The notes under the pieces are model-generated. The model saw only the letters and a program-made list of their open reading frames with translations, had not been told where the DNA came from and did not search any database. From Camelus ferus (lineage: Eukaryota): DNA of 64,000 nucleotides. The DNA lies in contig NC_045697.1 in assembly GCF_009834535.1 (NCBI RefSeq), positions 48,486,001 to 48,550,000 of the forward strand. The letters run 5' to 3'. A program made the position numbers and the translations under genes. Positions 1-12,468 of the stretch are shown here, one piece after another. The number at the start of each line of letters is the position of its first letter. Within the stretch, counting starts at the first letter, position 1.

Positions 1-2049
1 ACTCAACGTGGCTCCTTCCCTTTCATAAGCTGTTTGGACATAGTTTGAAAACCACTGTTCTGTTCTCTTGTATAGGTATATAGTTCTATTCCACAAACAT
101 TTATTGAGAAATCTTTTATCTAGGCACTGGACGTACAGTGATTCTTTAAAAAAAAAAAGAGTCTCTCCATGAAGTTAGTAGTCAGGTTATAATGAGGAAG
201 ATAGTTAAAAACAAGTAAGGTCAAAACTTTAGACAGTTTGTGACTTGGTAGTAGCAATTCTCTGAAACCCTATAGCCCAAATCTGTGTGGCTCCTGATTC
301 TTCAAAACTCAGTTGTCTTTGCTAAGTTCACCTGAGTTTAGGTAGGAACACCAGGTCTAATATCTTTGTAATTAGACCTGTGACAAAGCGATAGTAATAC
401 CAGCTAATTCTCCTGGATTTCTGTTTCTAGCATAGGAAATTCTTGCATCAGATTGGTGAGATCATGCCAGAATCACTCCTGACCTGTTTCCTAGGGTCCT
501 GGTTTGAGGGTACTGCTAATGATCCATCATAGACAGCTACCACCAGCTTTATGTTCCCTCTGAACTTCAGAGTACAGTGAGTGTTCCCTGGTTTGAAAGG
601 CAAGCTTCCTCTGTCCCTCCTAGTCCCACTCCCCCGTTGCTTCCCTCCCCAACACCCGCATCTCTTGTGCTGCCCATTGGTCACCATGTTAGGATGGCTA
701 ACCCTCTTTTTCTTCTATGGCTATACTCATGTTCTTTTCTGAGTGATGTGGCCCACTCGATTATCTCTGGATGTTAACTCTACCTGGATTAGTGTGATGG
801 TCTTCCTAGTCCTAGCCAGGCACTAGTCAAAGTAGGTATTTCCTGCTGTGATGTAGTTTAACATCAGAGTACAGAGTTAAAGAAGCAGGCCCTCCCCTTT
901 GGGGTCTTCTAGTTCTTGAAGGTGCCTAAAGTCAGTCTACTTACTGCACTAGGTATTTTCAATGCTTTATGCTGTCCTGAACCTGATGGGTCCATCTGAA
1001 CCAATTACATCGTGCTATTCTGATCCCCTTTCCCATCAGTAACCTATTTGGATGTTTGCTTTGTAAACTTTCCGTACTATTTACCTCAACTCCTTGGTAA
1101 GCTAAATTATACTTGTTTTTGTTTTTCTAGCAAGGGATACTTTAAAATGGTTACTATATTTGAATTTGGGGAGGTAGTCATGAAAAATAACAATAAATGT
1201 TCTCAACACTCTGCAATTAGATCAAGTTCATTTTAAATCTTTTTATAATTGTTTCATTAGAGGATTTGTCTGGTGTCTAAAGTTGTAGTAATCCCAGTAT
1301 ACTTGGCTTATTTTGTTTCCTCCACTGTATCTCAACGAGGGCCATTTTTTGTTTTTTTAAGAACAAATTTAGGTTGTAGTAGATTAGAAAGAATTTATTT
1401 GATGCATTGTTTTGGACAAAGAGCTTAACTTGGGTGGAAGTAGAGTTCATTAGATGATTGGTTTGAATAATCTGCGATGTCTTTCTAGCCCCATTTTCTG
1501 CCGGTTTTCACCTCTAAAATATAACTCCCTGTTTACTTATTACCTTCACAGAGAAAGATTATATTGACATAAATAGTCTTCCTTTCACTTGCAATACATG
1601 TCTTTTTTCAGGACTCTGCTACAGTACTGTGCCCAGTGACCAAGACGTTAGAGTATTTGTGGTACTTTTACTTTGCTAGGCCACTGAGTATCATTCATTT
1701 GTTAAAGAACAGTTCATTAAATTAGGTACTTACTTACTTTTTAGAAATAGTTTTTACATTGTAGCCTTCTTTTCACTTCTCAATTTCTGTCTTTCATTTC
1801 TGTTACCCTTCTTTTGTTGGCTTTTTGAAGAAGCCCCAATACTTGACTAGGGTACCAGTTGCCTTAAAGAACTTTGAGGACCCATCTCTCTCCAGGGTGC
1901 TCTGTTCCACTGTGTTTAGCATGACTTAGCTTGTTCCACATCTCTGGGACATGAGAAGCACTAGCCTACAGTCGGAAGCTTAATAGTTGGGGGCCATCTT
2001 AAGTATTATGTAATTCTTCTTTCCTTTATGAGAAGAAAAGAATTATATA

Positions 2050-2053
<4 letters not shown>

Positions 2054-2091
<38 letters not shown>

Positions 2092-2100
2092 TGTGTGTGT
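2054..2100. repeat. (TG)n microsatellite
   Basis: About 23 TG units with one TA interruption. Confidence 0.95.
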
Positions 2101-2509
2101 ATGTATACACACTGATTAATAGTATCTTACCCATAGAGTGTTACCTAGTGCCTTTCAAACTAGGGGAAAAAATCAGTGAACAAGATAGAAGATACTAGAA
2201 ATGGTCATTTTCATGTATAGTTTCTGCCAGTTCCAGACATTTTCATATTTGGACTATATGATAACTAACACTAGCCTTTCATCTTTTTCCACTGATACTT
2301 TCCTGGGTTACAAGTACTGAGTATATTTAGAGATAAAGTAGTTTTTTCACCATGTATGTTCTTGCAGAGCATGTTATTTTCCTTCGTTTTCTCTGTGGTA
2401 TTGCAGACAGTCATGCTGTGTGCTAGGTTTTATAGGTATAAATTAGAATTGGTTAAGAAATGTCCCAAAATACCTATAGAATACATAAGACTGGAAAGTG
2501 ATCCCTGAT

Positions 2510-2900
2510 AGTTAAATAGTCAAGAGAGGCTTCCTGGAGGTGGTGGCAGTTACCCAGACCTGGAAGGAACAGGTAATACAATTTCAACAGGTAGAAACAG
2601 GATGTGCAAGGGTAAAGTAAGAAAGGCAAGATTTGTGCAGAGTAGAGAGCAGGCCTGTTTGGCAGGAATGTAGAGCACAAATTGGGATATGCTAGGAAAT
2701 CAGGCTGGAAAAGAAAGTTGGGTCAAATTGTGGAGAGCCTTCTTAATACCAAGCTAAATAGGTTACTTATTTCTGGTAGGCACTTCGGGTGCCACTAGAG
2801 AAATTTAAATAGGGAGAAATACATGTTGGTAGAGGAAGTTTGAGAGCTATAATTGCAGGGAAGGTAAGGCAGAGAGAAACTAATTAGGCTCTTTACCACA
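2510..2900 (-). mobile_element. Degenerate L2 LINE fragment
   Basis: Purine-rich ggcttcctggaggtggtg...gccactagagaaatttaaatagggag pattern resembling antisense L2. Confidence 0.45.
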
Positions 2901-3776
2901 GGTAAGATTTTGAAGGCCTTCCATGTACAGTCGTCGGTGCTAGAACTTAGAGAATAAAAAGGATTATGATACAATGCCTACCTCTTGGGGTCTTGGAGTC
3001 TGTAGTGGAAAGGCATAAATGGTTAAATAGATTATTCTAATACAGTGTGGTCAGTATGATGACAGGTTGATACAAAAATAGATGACCCTAGAATTTAGGT
3101 TTCTAGGGAGTTTGGGGGTGGGGGGAGTCATGGGTAGCTTCAGAAAGGACTGATACCTGAATTACCCTGAAGGTTAAGAAGGAATTAGTGAAACTCCCAA
3201 ATTAAACAAAAACATTTTTCCTTGTGCTGTCAAGCCTGCTGTTTTCTACAAATATATAACTTGTCAAATGTTCTCATTTACTATTTTAAAAACAAAATAC
3301 TTAAATTGTTCTGAATTCTTAACCAGACAGCCTTCCCCATCCCTTATTTAAACTTTTTCTTGTCTCTGGTGGCTTCTTTAAATTCTTAACAGATTTTATG
3401 TTTATCTGTACCTTGGTCTTCACTAAAGAGACTGGAAGAGGCAAAGAGGGTGGGGTGGAAGGCCTTCTAGACTGAACAAAAACAGATGTTGGATATATAG
3501 CTGTGAACAAAAGAATAATTTCCGCTCTCATGAAGATGTGCAGCATACAATTAGAAATACAGAATTCAAGTTCCAAAGAGATTTATATTTGAAATACAGA
3601 TTTGGACACAGTTTCTAAGATGATGGGTAGGCTGGAGGAATATGAGTATGCAATGAAAGATGTGCGGAGAGAAAAAGTTTGGGGGACAGAGGGCACAGGG
3701 AGAAAAAGTGGCCAGCAGGGATGACATAGAGGCCTACATTAATGATCAACTTTGTGGTTTCTTCCCCCCGGCCCAG

Positions 3777-4220
3777 ATGGATAGCTCCCAGTTGATCCAC
3801 TGTCGGGAGCTTGTGGCACATCACCTTTCTACTCTGCAGTCTTCCCTGCCTCTAAATTCCGTTTATGTCTACCGTCCCCTCAAGCACACCCTGGTGACCT
3901 GTGACAAAGGAGTGTTCAGATTACATCCCTCCTCTGCCCCAGGCCCAGATTTCTCCAAGGACAACAGCAAACCAGAAGTGCCAGTCAGAGGTACAGCAGC
4001 CTTCTGCCATCATCTCCCAGCTGCCAATGGGTGCAAGCATACCTCTGCTAAACGCAAAGTAGAGGAAATGGAAGTGGACGACTTCTACGATGGGATCAAA
4101 CGGCTCTATAATGAAGATAATGCTTCAGAAAATGTGGGTTCTGTGTGTGGCACTGATTTATCAAGGCAAGAGGGACATGCTTCCCCTTGTCCACCTTTGC
4201 AGCCTGTTTCTGTCATGTAG
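3777..4220 (+). CDS. CCNI: Cyclin I, last coding exon (MDSSQLIHCRELVAHH...PPLQPVSVM*)
   Basis: Translation matches the recalled cyclin I C-terminus (KRKVEEMEVDDFYDGIKRLYNED). Acceptor tttcttccccccggcccag|ATG at 3776/3777, phase 0; TAG at 4218-4220. Upstream exons are outside the window. Confidence 0.96.
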   Translation: MDSSQLIHCRELVAHHLSTLQSSLPLNSVYVYRPLKHTLVTCDKGVFRLHPSSAPGPDFSKDNSKPEVPVRGTAAFCHHLPAANGCKHTSAKRKVEEMEVDDFYDGIKRLYNEDNASENVGSVCGTDLSRQEGHASPCPPLQPVSVM

Positions 4221-5024
4221 CTTCAGGGGTTACCTTCGAGTGCAAACTAAGGTAGACTACTCTGGGAATGGGAATGTGGAAAACCAGGAGAGGCTATAGA
4301 AAGGTGTATACCTTATTAGGCTGATTTGAAATGAGCCAGAAAAAAGCCCCGTTTATTTGTATGGCTAATTATAATTCAACATTATTTAAGCACTTAAAGA
4401 CCAAAAACAGTGTAAAATTCAAGATCAAAAAAATTTTTTTAACTAAAAAATTTCTTTGTAGTGTGTCAGTTCCACCCTTTACTCTGCTAAAATGTAACGT
4501 AGATTACCCTGTGTCAGAAATTCAGTGTTTTTTTAAAAAGTTCCAAAATTCCTAGCTAGCAAACCTTGTCCCAGAATCCTGATTTAATTTTCGTCTTGCT
4601 TTTGCTTGCTTCTTTGAATACTTAATGAATTTTATGCATGTTGAGTCTTTGCCTGACTTCCACTGATAAGGAAACCCTCAAATTTTTTTTAGCAATTTAG
4701 TGAACAAATTATTTGTGTAACAGCCATGTTTAATCCATGATTCAAATTTAAATTAATCTGGAAAAGGTACTTCAGAATTGCCTCATGAATCAGAGGTGGT
4801 TATAGAAAAAGGACTCCCATTACCGTGTTGATTTGTTTGTCTCCTTTCAATTTCTAGAGTTTGGAAACAAAATTTTCATTTTTGTTTATTTTAAATTGAA
4901 GCTTAAAATTGGCATGTGATTAGGACACTTAGATTTGTTGAAAGCATCTTTGACATTTGTATAAAAGAATTTGGTAAAGTTAATATATCCAGGTGCTCAC
5001 CAAAGAAACATGTTCTGTAACAAC

Positions 5025-5061
<37 letters not shown>

Positions 5062-5360
5062 AACTGATCAGTTCACTCATTTATAATCAGTAGGAGAGAC
5101 TGTCTAGATGTTGGGGCAGCTCTATGATTTGGGTCTGTAACATGTAATAACTGAATTCAGTGCCCTAGTTTTATGTTAAGCTATTAGGATTTTCTTGATA
5201 AAAGTTAATCCCCCTGCCTCCCCAGCCTACCTGTATTTCTTAATGACTTACGGATCCTGAGCTCCCTGTGCAGTCTGAAGAAGGTATTGCAGTGAGAACC
5301 ATGTACTGATGATAAAAGCCTCTGGTAGCAATAAAGGTTGTCCTTAACCTTTTTATCTCT
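4221..5360 (+). other. CCNI: CCNI 3'UTR (approximate end)
   Basis: AU-rich sequence after the stop, with a T30 tract at 5029-5058 and AATAAA at 5330-5335 followed by a U-rich tract. A second AATAAA lies at 5452-5457. Confidence 0.6.
5330..5335 (+). terminator. Candidate CCNI polyadenylation signal
   Basis: AATAAA with downstream cctttttatctcttttttctg U-rich element. Confidence 0.55.
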
Positions 5361-7498
5361 TTTTTCTGCTTGTGAAGAGGTACAAGTTCCTGATTGGTTA
5401 CATTGGTATTTCAACTATGGAAGATGATAAAAATCCTAATATATTTGCAGAAATAAAACATGAAGAAACGGGGGTTTAAATGTGACTGTATTTAGGTTTT
5501 GACATAAGAATTTTTCCTTTATTATTTTCTAACTGGTGGTCTGTGACCTTCCAAACAGGAAATTCTCATCTTAAGGAACTGTGGTGGTAGGCATAGTCCC
5601 ATATCTAGGTAACCTATCATTTTTAGCTCACTGATTTTGTTCTGATTTAGCAAAGCAAGAGTATTCTCAGGTCAGCATTTGAAAAATTCTTATTGTGGGA
5701 TTGGTTACCTACTACTTGTGACCTTACAATCCAGTCAAAGATGAAACTTTTACTTACGTCCGAGTACAGGAAATGTGAAGGAATATAAAAGAATGAACTG
5801 GTTTCCGGTGAGGATAGCATGAGGCTAGCTTTTTTTAAAACATAAAAAAAAATTCCAGTTATCCTAATCTTCATGTGGTTCTGTTTCTTAATTCTCCTGA
5901 ATTGTGGAAGCTCCAAGTCTACAACTACAAATGTTCATCATTAAAATGAATGGCACTTAATTGTTACGTAGAAAGCTAGGGATAAAATTGAGTCTAGAGT
6001 CAGACTATTTCATTTGTAGTCCAGTTGCTACAGATTGTACAGAGGTTAGAAATAATTTTAATTTCTTGAGGTTTTCTAATCTTATGAAAAATTGATGGTA
6101 GATCAGTTTGGAAAATAGCATTGTTTTCATGGGAAACTGAATTGGGATGGTTGGGCAGCTAGGTCTAATGCTTCAAAGCATGTTTAACCTATAGTTCAGT
6201 TAAATAATAGTACTTTGGAGGCCAGACCCTCCTGAGCACCCTCTCAGTTATATCTCCCTGCCACCGGCCCAGAGATCTGAGCTACCTTGGACTCCGTGAG
6301 GCCTGAACCCATGGTTTGAGGCAGAAAAAAGCAAATTATTCTTAAACAGTGTGGAACTTTTCATTAAGAATGTTCTTACTGTTAAAATTTAGCCTGTCCC
6401 AAGATAATTTGTCTTAAATCTTGGCATCAGATCACAAACTATTCTCTTTCAAGATTTGGAAACTTGAGGTTCATAGATCACAATTGCCTAATGCCCCTTG
6501 GTGTTTAGAAAACCTGTCATCCCCTGAAAGCTGTGCAAAGGCAAAGAATAAACTCGATGGGCATAAATTAGCTATTCTCTAATCCTCCATTCAATAGGAA
6601 TAGGTTCAAGGGCATGGTACAGTTTTTGAAGATCACAGTAGTAGCAGCCAAATATTTACTTCCATTCTCTTTGCAGGATTGGTATGAAATTGGTTATTTG
6701 TTAAGAACTGAATGTTTTCTTCTACAGACGATGTCTTATATTAAGGTGGAGAGGAGGGCTGGGAAAGGAGAATGCTCTCAAATGCCAGTTAAAAAGACAT
6801 GTAACTGATTTGTCAGAAATGTTTCTGACACTACGCCTTTGGCTCTGAAGAAAGCTGTAGCGTAGCTCCTCCCTCAGCCAAGCTGATGAGAACCTGAGCC
6901 TACATTCCTGCTGTTGAGAGAGTGTTAAGACATGGGTGTCTGTACGCCAAAAAGCATTATTTCTTTTCTCCTGTGTTGGTTCTAACAATGCATATGTGTG
7001 TCCTCTCTACTCTCTTTACATACCTGGATTTTGAAGATTTTTAATTCACTCATTCTGGAGTTCCTGAAACAAAGTAAGTTGTTTTTGAGCATTACTGCCG
7101 AAAGTAGCACAATATCCTTTCACTTAAAATGTGATTAAGCCACTGATGCTCAGGTAACGTAATGGTGAGGCATGCTATCTTTATCCTTAGGTAATTTGTA
7201 CATTTTCAACTAGAAAGGGAAGAGTCTGTGACAAACATCCCCACAATCATCCTGGGAGATGGCTTCCCTGGTGTACATTCACAGGTTGCAGATTAGAGAA
7301 TTGTCCGATGCCACATAGCTAAAATTTTTAACAAGGCTCAACTTTTAACTTATCAAATACAAGGATAAAGCTTTGAGATATCATGAAGTTCTGTGTAACA
7401 TGTAAGTATTACTTCTAAAGCCTTCAAAATGGTTGAAATTAGCCCTTATACAGCAGTAACAGAATGTCTCCTATGCCCATTGTTGTTCTGTGCTTTGG

Positions 7499-7512
7499 CC
7501 AGTAGGTGGCGC
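7499..7512 (+). promoter_or_regulatory. CTCF-type binding motif
   Basis: CCAGTAGGTGGCGC matches the core consensus CCASYAGRKGGCRC at all 14 positions. Confidence 0.65.
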
Positions 7513-7976
7513 TTTTAGAAAAACAGCATCTTTTTAAGTTTCTGGGAGAAATTGGGCTTACTATCTGGGAATGAGCAGTTGAGCAGTTACTTCTTGTTGC
7601 TAAGAAATATACATCAGCAACATTTAGAGTTACAAGTTCACATCACTCAAGGCAGCGGAGGCCTGTGCATGCAGGACTGGGAAAATTAGCAAAATCTGCC
7701 GTAGTTTGGGACAGAGAGGCTAGATATGTCTTACATCAAAAAAATGTTTGTACAAATTAAAAATCCTAATATTTGCAAGTTGTTTGGTCCTGTAAAATAA
7801 CCTAGAAGTACAATTAGAGTACTTGAAAATGGCCAAGTCCCAAAAGCTTGCTGCTTTCATTTTGAGTTAGATGTGACCAGTCATTAGGGCAGAAAAGATG
7901 AAGCACAGGCTTAGGAAGCACGGCTTGCATCAAGGAGTTAAAATGAAAGCTTTCTCTCACCATATTGATGAGTTTA

Positions 7977-8419
7977 CAGACCTTCCTCTACTTATGACCA
8001 GTTTGCATCCTGATAAACTCATTAAGTTGAAAATACCTTAAGTCGAAAATGCTTTTAATGGACCTAAATCTTCCAAACATAGCTTAGCCTAATAGACCTT
8101 AAACATGCTCAGAACACTTGAGTTAACCCAGTGTTGGGCAAAGTCATCTTAAAGCCTATAACAAAGTGTTAACTATCTTACGGAATTTATTGAATACTGA
8201 GGTGAAAACAATGGTTCTAAGTATCCGTTGTTTACTTTCATGGTTGCATGGCTGACTGGGAGCTACCACTGCCCACCGAAATGGGAATATTCATAGCACA
8301 TTAGCCCAGGAAAAGATCCAAATTCAGAACGGCCGTTTCTATTGAATATGTATCGTTTTAACACCATCATAAAGTTTAAAAATCGTTAAGTCAAACCATC
8401 TTAAGTCAGGGACTATCTG
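7977..8419 (+). mobile_element. TcMar-Tigger non-autonomous DNA transposon (MER47/Tigger5-like)
   Basis: Imperfect TIRs: CAGACCTTCCTCTACTTATGA on the left and CAGATAGTCCCTGACTTAAGA (reverse complement) on the right; preceded by TA; internal taagtcgaaaatgc...cttagcctaa motifs. Confidence 0.75.
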
Positions 8420-10706
8420 CAGTGGTTTTTATGATGTAAGACCTGTGTGTTATACAGACGTAACTCTCCCTGTGCCATCTCTTGGTTATTGAAAAGGTGT
8501 CATAAGAGGTAACCAAGAGTATCTTATTGGAGAAATTTGAGACGAGCACACAACTCTTAGTATTTTAGTTTCCAGGAGCTTTCAAGTTAAGGCTGAAGCT
8601 CTCCCTTTCTCTTGACTCTTAAAGTACAACCTTCATAGCAAATCAAGTTCCAAAATTGTTGACCTATTTTGTGTTACACAACAGGAGGGCGCTAGAACAG
8701 CATGGGCCCAGTGGTTTCTCATTTCTCAAAAGCAGCTTAATTTATTAGGCAAGAGGACACTCCAGAAGGAAGGACAACCTAAAGAAACCACTAAAAAGCA
8801 ACTTAGTGGGGGTGGGTTTTGCTTTCCAGACTATCTGCAACAATTTAGCATGGAAAGGGCTTACCTTTTCTTTCACTCCCCAAATTTGCTGTATGAGGCA
8901 TACAGAGAGATGAGTGCAACTCTGCACAGCTGCATCCCCAGCACCTAAATTAGGTCTGGTGCAGTATGTAGAATAAAAAAGTATGGAGGGGGGTGGTGGG
9001 GAAGATGGAAGGATGGATGGGGATAAGGGGCAAGGAGAGCTAGAACTCAGCCCTTCAGAGTTCTAAAAGCATTGTGCAGGAAAGACATAGTAGCAGACTT
9101 TGTAGAATGTTATTGTGCACCCTCCCCCCTAGACACATTTTTGTTTTTTTGACAGGAACCAACCTTAGCCTCTGTTCTGTGTGCCATGATTTTGAAAGAA
9201 AGTTTCCATGGTAGACTGAAATGCCAATCAACTCATAGCACTGCAAGTAACCTTTGAGGCAGATGTGAAATCCACTTGTACCTCCCACGATGTTCCGCTA
9301 ACAACCAAAAGATCTCATTTATATACAGCTACTTGTCAGAAAAGGTTGGAAGGGGAGGTGAGTGCATACTGAGGCTCACAATTAGTCTTTTCAGATTAAC
9401 ACATGCCATCTCTACACCAGCTCTGAGGATGCCAGCTGCTTGCTAGGGACTGATCTGAAAGCCAGATGGTATCAGACACAAGGACTAGGGACTCAAGTAC
9501 AAGGATCTTCAAAGTGAGCCACACTGCCAACACTGTCAGGCCCCAGGGTGGAAGGATGACAGTCATCTGCAAAGCAAAAGGTTTTGCATAGAAATGTCAT
9601 TTAAAATAAATTCAGAGCAAATTATGTACTTAATTTTTCAGATATCTAGAACTATTTACCTGAATGTTGGGCCTATGGTAGGCAGAAAGTTAACCCCAGT
9701 AACTAAGAAGAAAGTTTAGGCACAGTTAATGGGAAGAGTGTGGCCAAGCATATTGGGAAGGTGACCTAATTTTATCTGCCCCAGCTCAGCGCATACTAAT
9801 GCAGAAGATCAGATCTCTCCTTTATACATGTGCTGTGCCAATTTCAAATAGACTATCTAGACTACACTTTCAGCAATAAGGCAGAGTCTGTATCTGAAGT
9901 CAAGTAAGATTTTTTTTTTCAGACTGTAAGAAGGAAAAAAAAAGCCTGTTACCATGGAAATAGGTTCAGATGACTCAATTCTTGCTTTTCAACAATCTAG
10001 CTTGGGATAAACGAATAATTTTTACTATTGACAATTAGCCCTGGGATGGTTTCATATCACTTAGTTGGTTAGCCAGGAGAACTTGAGAATCTACCAGTTT
10101 TATCAACACTTGAGAAAAGGAACCACCTGAAGCCAAATGCCAAATCACCAGAGGATAGCTGTGCACTTGACCAGTGATGTCCGTGATCCGCTTTCCCTAG
10201 ATAACTGAACAGAAGCCAACCTACACATAATAGCCAGTTCCCCCACCCCCTCCCATTCAGATGATTACTGTTACACTTCCTCCAACCTGAGGACTAAAAA
10301 GGGAATAGCAGCAATAGACTACACGTATCTTTAAAAAGACAACTGCCTAATTTGATTTTTAAATACTGCTCAAAAAATGCCTATAATCTGCAGAATGTTT
10401 TTAAAATGATAGGGTAAAGTTGATATTAAAATACTAAAAGAAAAAAAAAAGTTTAAAAATAAATCCAATGACTGTACTTAGTAATTGCAGTGGTTTCACA
10501 CAATAGAACGTTTGTGTTTAACTTACAAAACTGATAGTGTGTCATGCTGTAGCATCAGCTAAGGAGTTGGTACCCAGCCATCCACCCCACCAAATCACTG
10601 GTCACGTCACTAGCAGATTTCTGTCCTTACAGATTGTGGTGTAGTATGGAGGGGATGGCTCTTGATTCCTATATTTTAATTATTTAATGGCTCAGATGAA
10701 TCTAAC

Positions 10707-10712
10707 TTTATT
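10707..10712 (-). terminator. Candidate distal SEPTIN11 polyadenylation signal
   Basis: AATAAA on - (tttatt on +) about 1.75 kb downstream of the NFFFM stop, with ATTAAA copies nearby. Confidence 0.45.
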
Positions 10713-12452
10713 GTATTTAATTATAGTGTCTAAGTAAAGAAAGCTTCCTGCCAGCATGCTCATCCAATTGCTGTATATAACCTCTTCCCAAGAATCAAAT
10801 AATTCAAGAGGCAGGGACTGCTGCTTCATTATTCCACCTTTCAACAGAAGCTTGTTCCCATTCTTAAATAGAGGGGAACATTCCAAATGCAACGCATGCC
10901 ATCAATATCCACCTACTGTGGGGCTGAAAAAGGGTAGAAAGTAGCAAAGACTATTGACAAGTAAGGAAATTAAAAGGTAACTTAATTGCACGTCCATGCT
11001 CTAATAAAATAGAAATAGATCTGAAAATTGTCCCTTGACTATGAAAACTGCCCCAAAGAGGTGACTGCTAATAAAGTCATCTAGACCTGAACCTCGCCTA
11101 TCACAAACAGGTCAGCATTAGAAATCAGACTCATCTGGCAGAAAGAAGTGTGTGTTTGCATGTGGGTGTTGTAAGTGATTTCCAGCAGATTTTTTTTGCA
11201 GACACTGGAGAAAGCCACCTGAGTAACTGGTAAATGTGGGTCAGAACCACTGTCAATGCTGCTGTTTGGGACAGGATATGTACTTGCTCGGGATTTGTGT
11301 CCCATGGTCCAGGACACAAAAACTCTGGACACAAGGTAAAGAAGAGCTTCACAATAAATAAAAAGGCAGGGATGGGCCAGAAAGTTGTTTTAAGGTACCT
11401 TTAAATATAAATTGAGTCCCAGAGGCAGAAAAGTCATCTACCCAACACTGGCACATTTTAAAAACATGATTAAGACTTGTAGGTCAAACCCCAGTGACAA
11501 CACAGGGATTTTTTTGTGTCAGAGAGGAGGAGACAGCATCTTGAACAGAATTCTGACTTAAACGTCACTTAAATTTCCCCTTGAGCTTAAAACTGGCATA
11601 ATTTTGATACCAAAACTAAGTTTGAATAACCAATACATAAACCAGAACTGGCTACGTAGAAAAAAAATTTTTTTTCCAAAACAGAATCCCAAACCAAAAA
11701 AAACTTATATAAGGGGTGCAGATAACAGAAAAAGAGTCAAATAAAACAACAGTGGTTCCTGAATTTAAAGGAAGGATGCCCACTTCTCTCTCTCAAGAGG
11801 CAGACGGTCAGCTGAAAAATAAAAACATTGTATCAATAGAACACTCCAAATTTAAAAATTGCAGCCATCTTTGTTCATGCAATATCAAATGTTTAAAAGA
11901 AAAAATCCCAAACCTCAAAACAACCCATAAAACTAACAAAAGGAAGAACTGTTGCCCAGATCTCATGACCTGATTGATGGTTGAGGGTCCTGATGGGGCT
12001 GTTGAGAATGTCGCTCATGGGACAGAGAGGTCTGGAGTTAACATGAGATCAAGTTTGTGGACCCTCAGATTGGGGTACGTGCTGTCTTCAGTCCGTGAGT
12101 TCTTGGGTCAGCAGCTTCAAGAACATGACAGCTAAGCAAGAGGATCCCAGCACATGGCTACCTCGGGTTTTAGCCCAAGTTCTCTGTTTCACTCAATTTC
12201 CTTTTAAGTAGTATTATTAGGTATTACTGGTTTTGGTGGTGAAAAGTCACTTTAGTAACCACTATGGGCAGTGGTTTGTAAACAGACATTGACAAATACA
12301 AACAGCAGTGCAATATTTGACCCAGACTTTAAAAGAATAGGAGGCGATGGTGGAAATGAGGTAACTCTTCCCCAACACGTGTGAACAGACAGCTCCTGCT
12401 CTTCTAATGCTCTATGTCCATTAGGAGAGAGTAGGGCTTGTCAACAGCATGG

Positions 12453-12468
12453 TTACATAAAGAAGAAG
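12453..12468 (-). CDS. SEPTIN11: Septin 11 distal alternative terminal exon, coding part (...KK N FFFM*)
   Basis: Strong acceptor ctctctttttttctcttctgtag|C TTC TTC TTT ATG TAA; phase 2 joins the AA left by exon 9. The NFF-type tail is typical of SEPT6-group septins. Confidence 0.82.

Noticed and set aside
3660..3776. N-terminal 39 codons of the 186-aa ORF
   Set aside because: Open intronic frame upstream of the real CCNI acceptor at 3777; not a separate gene start.
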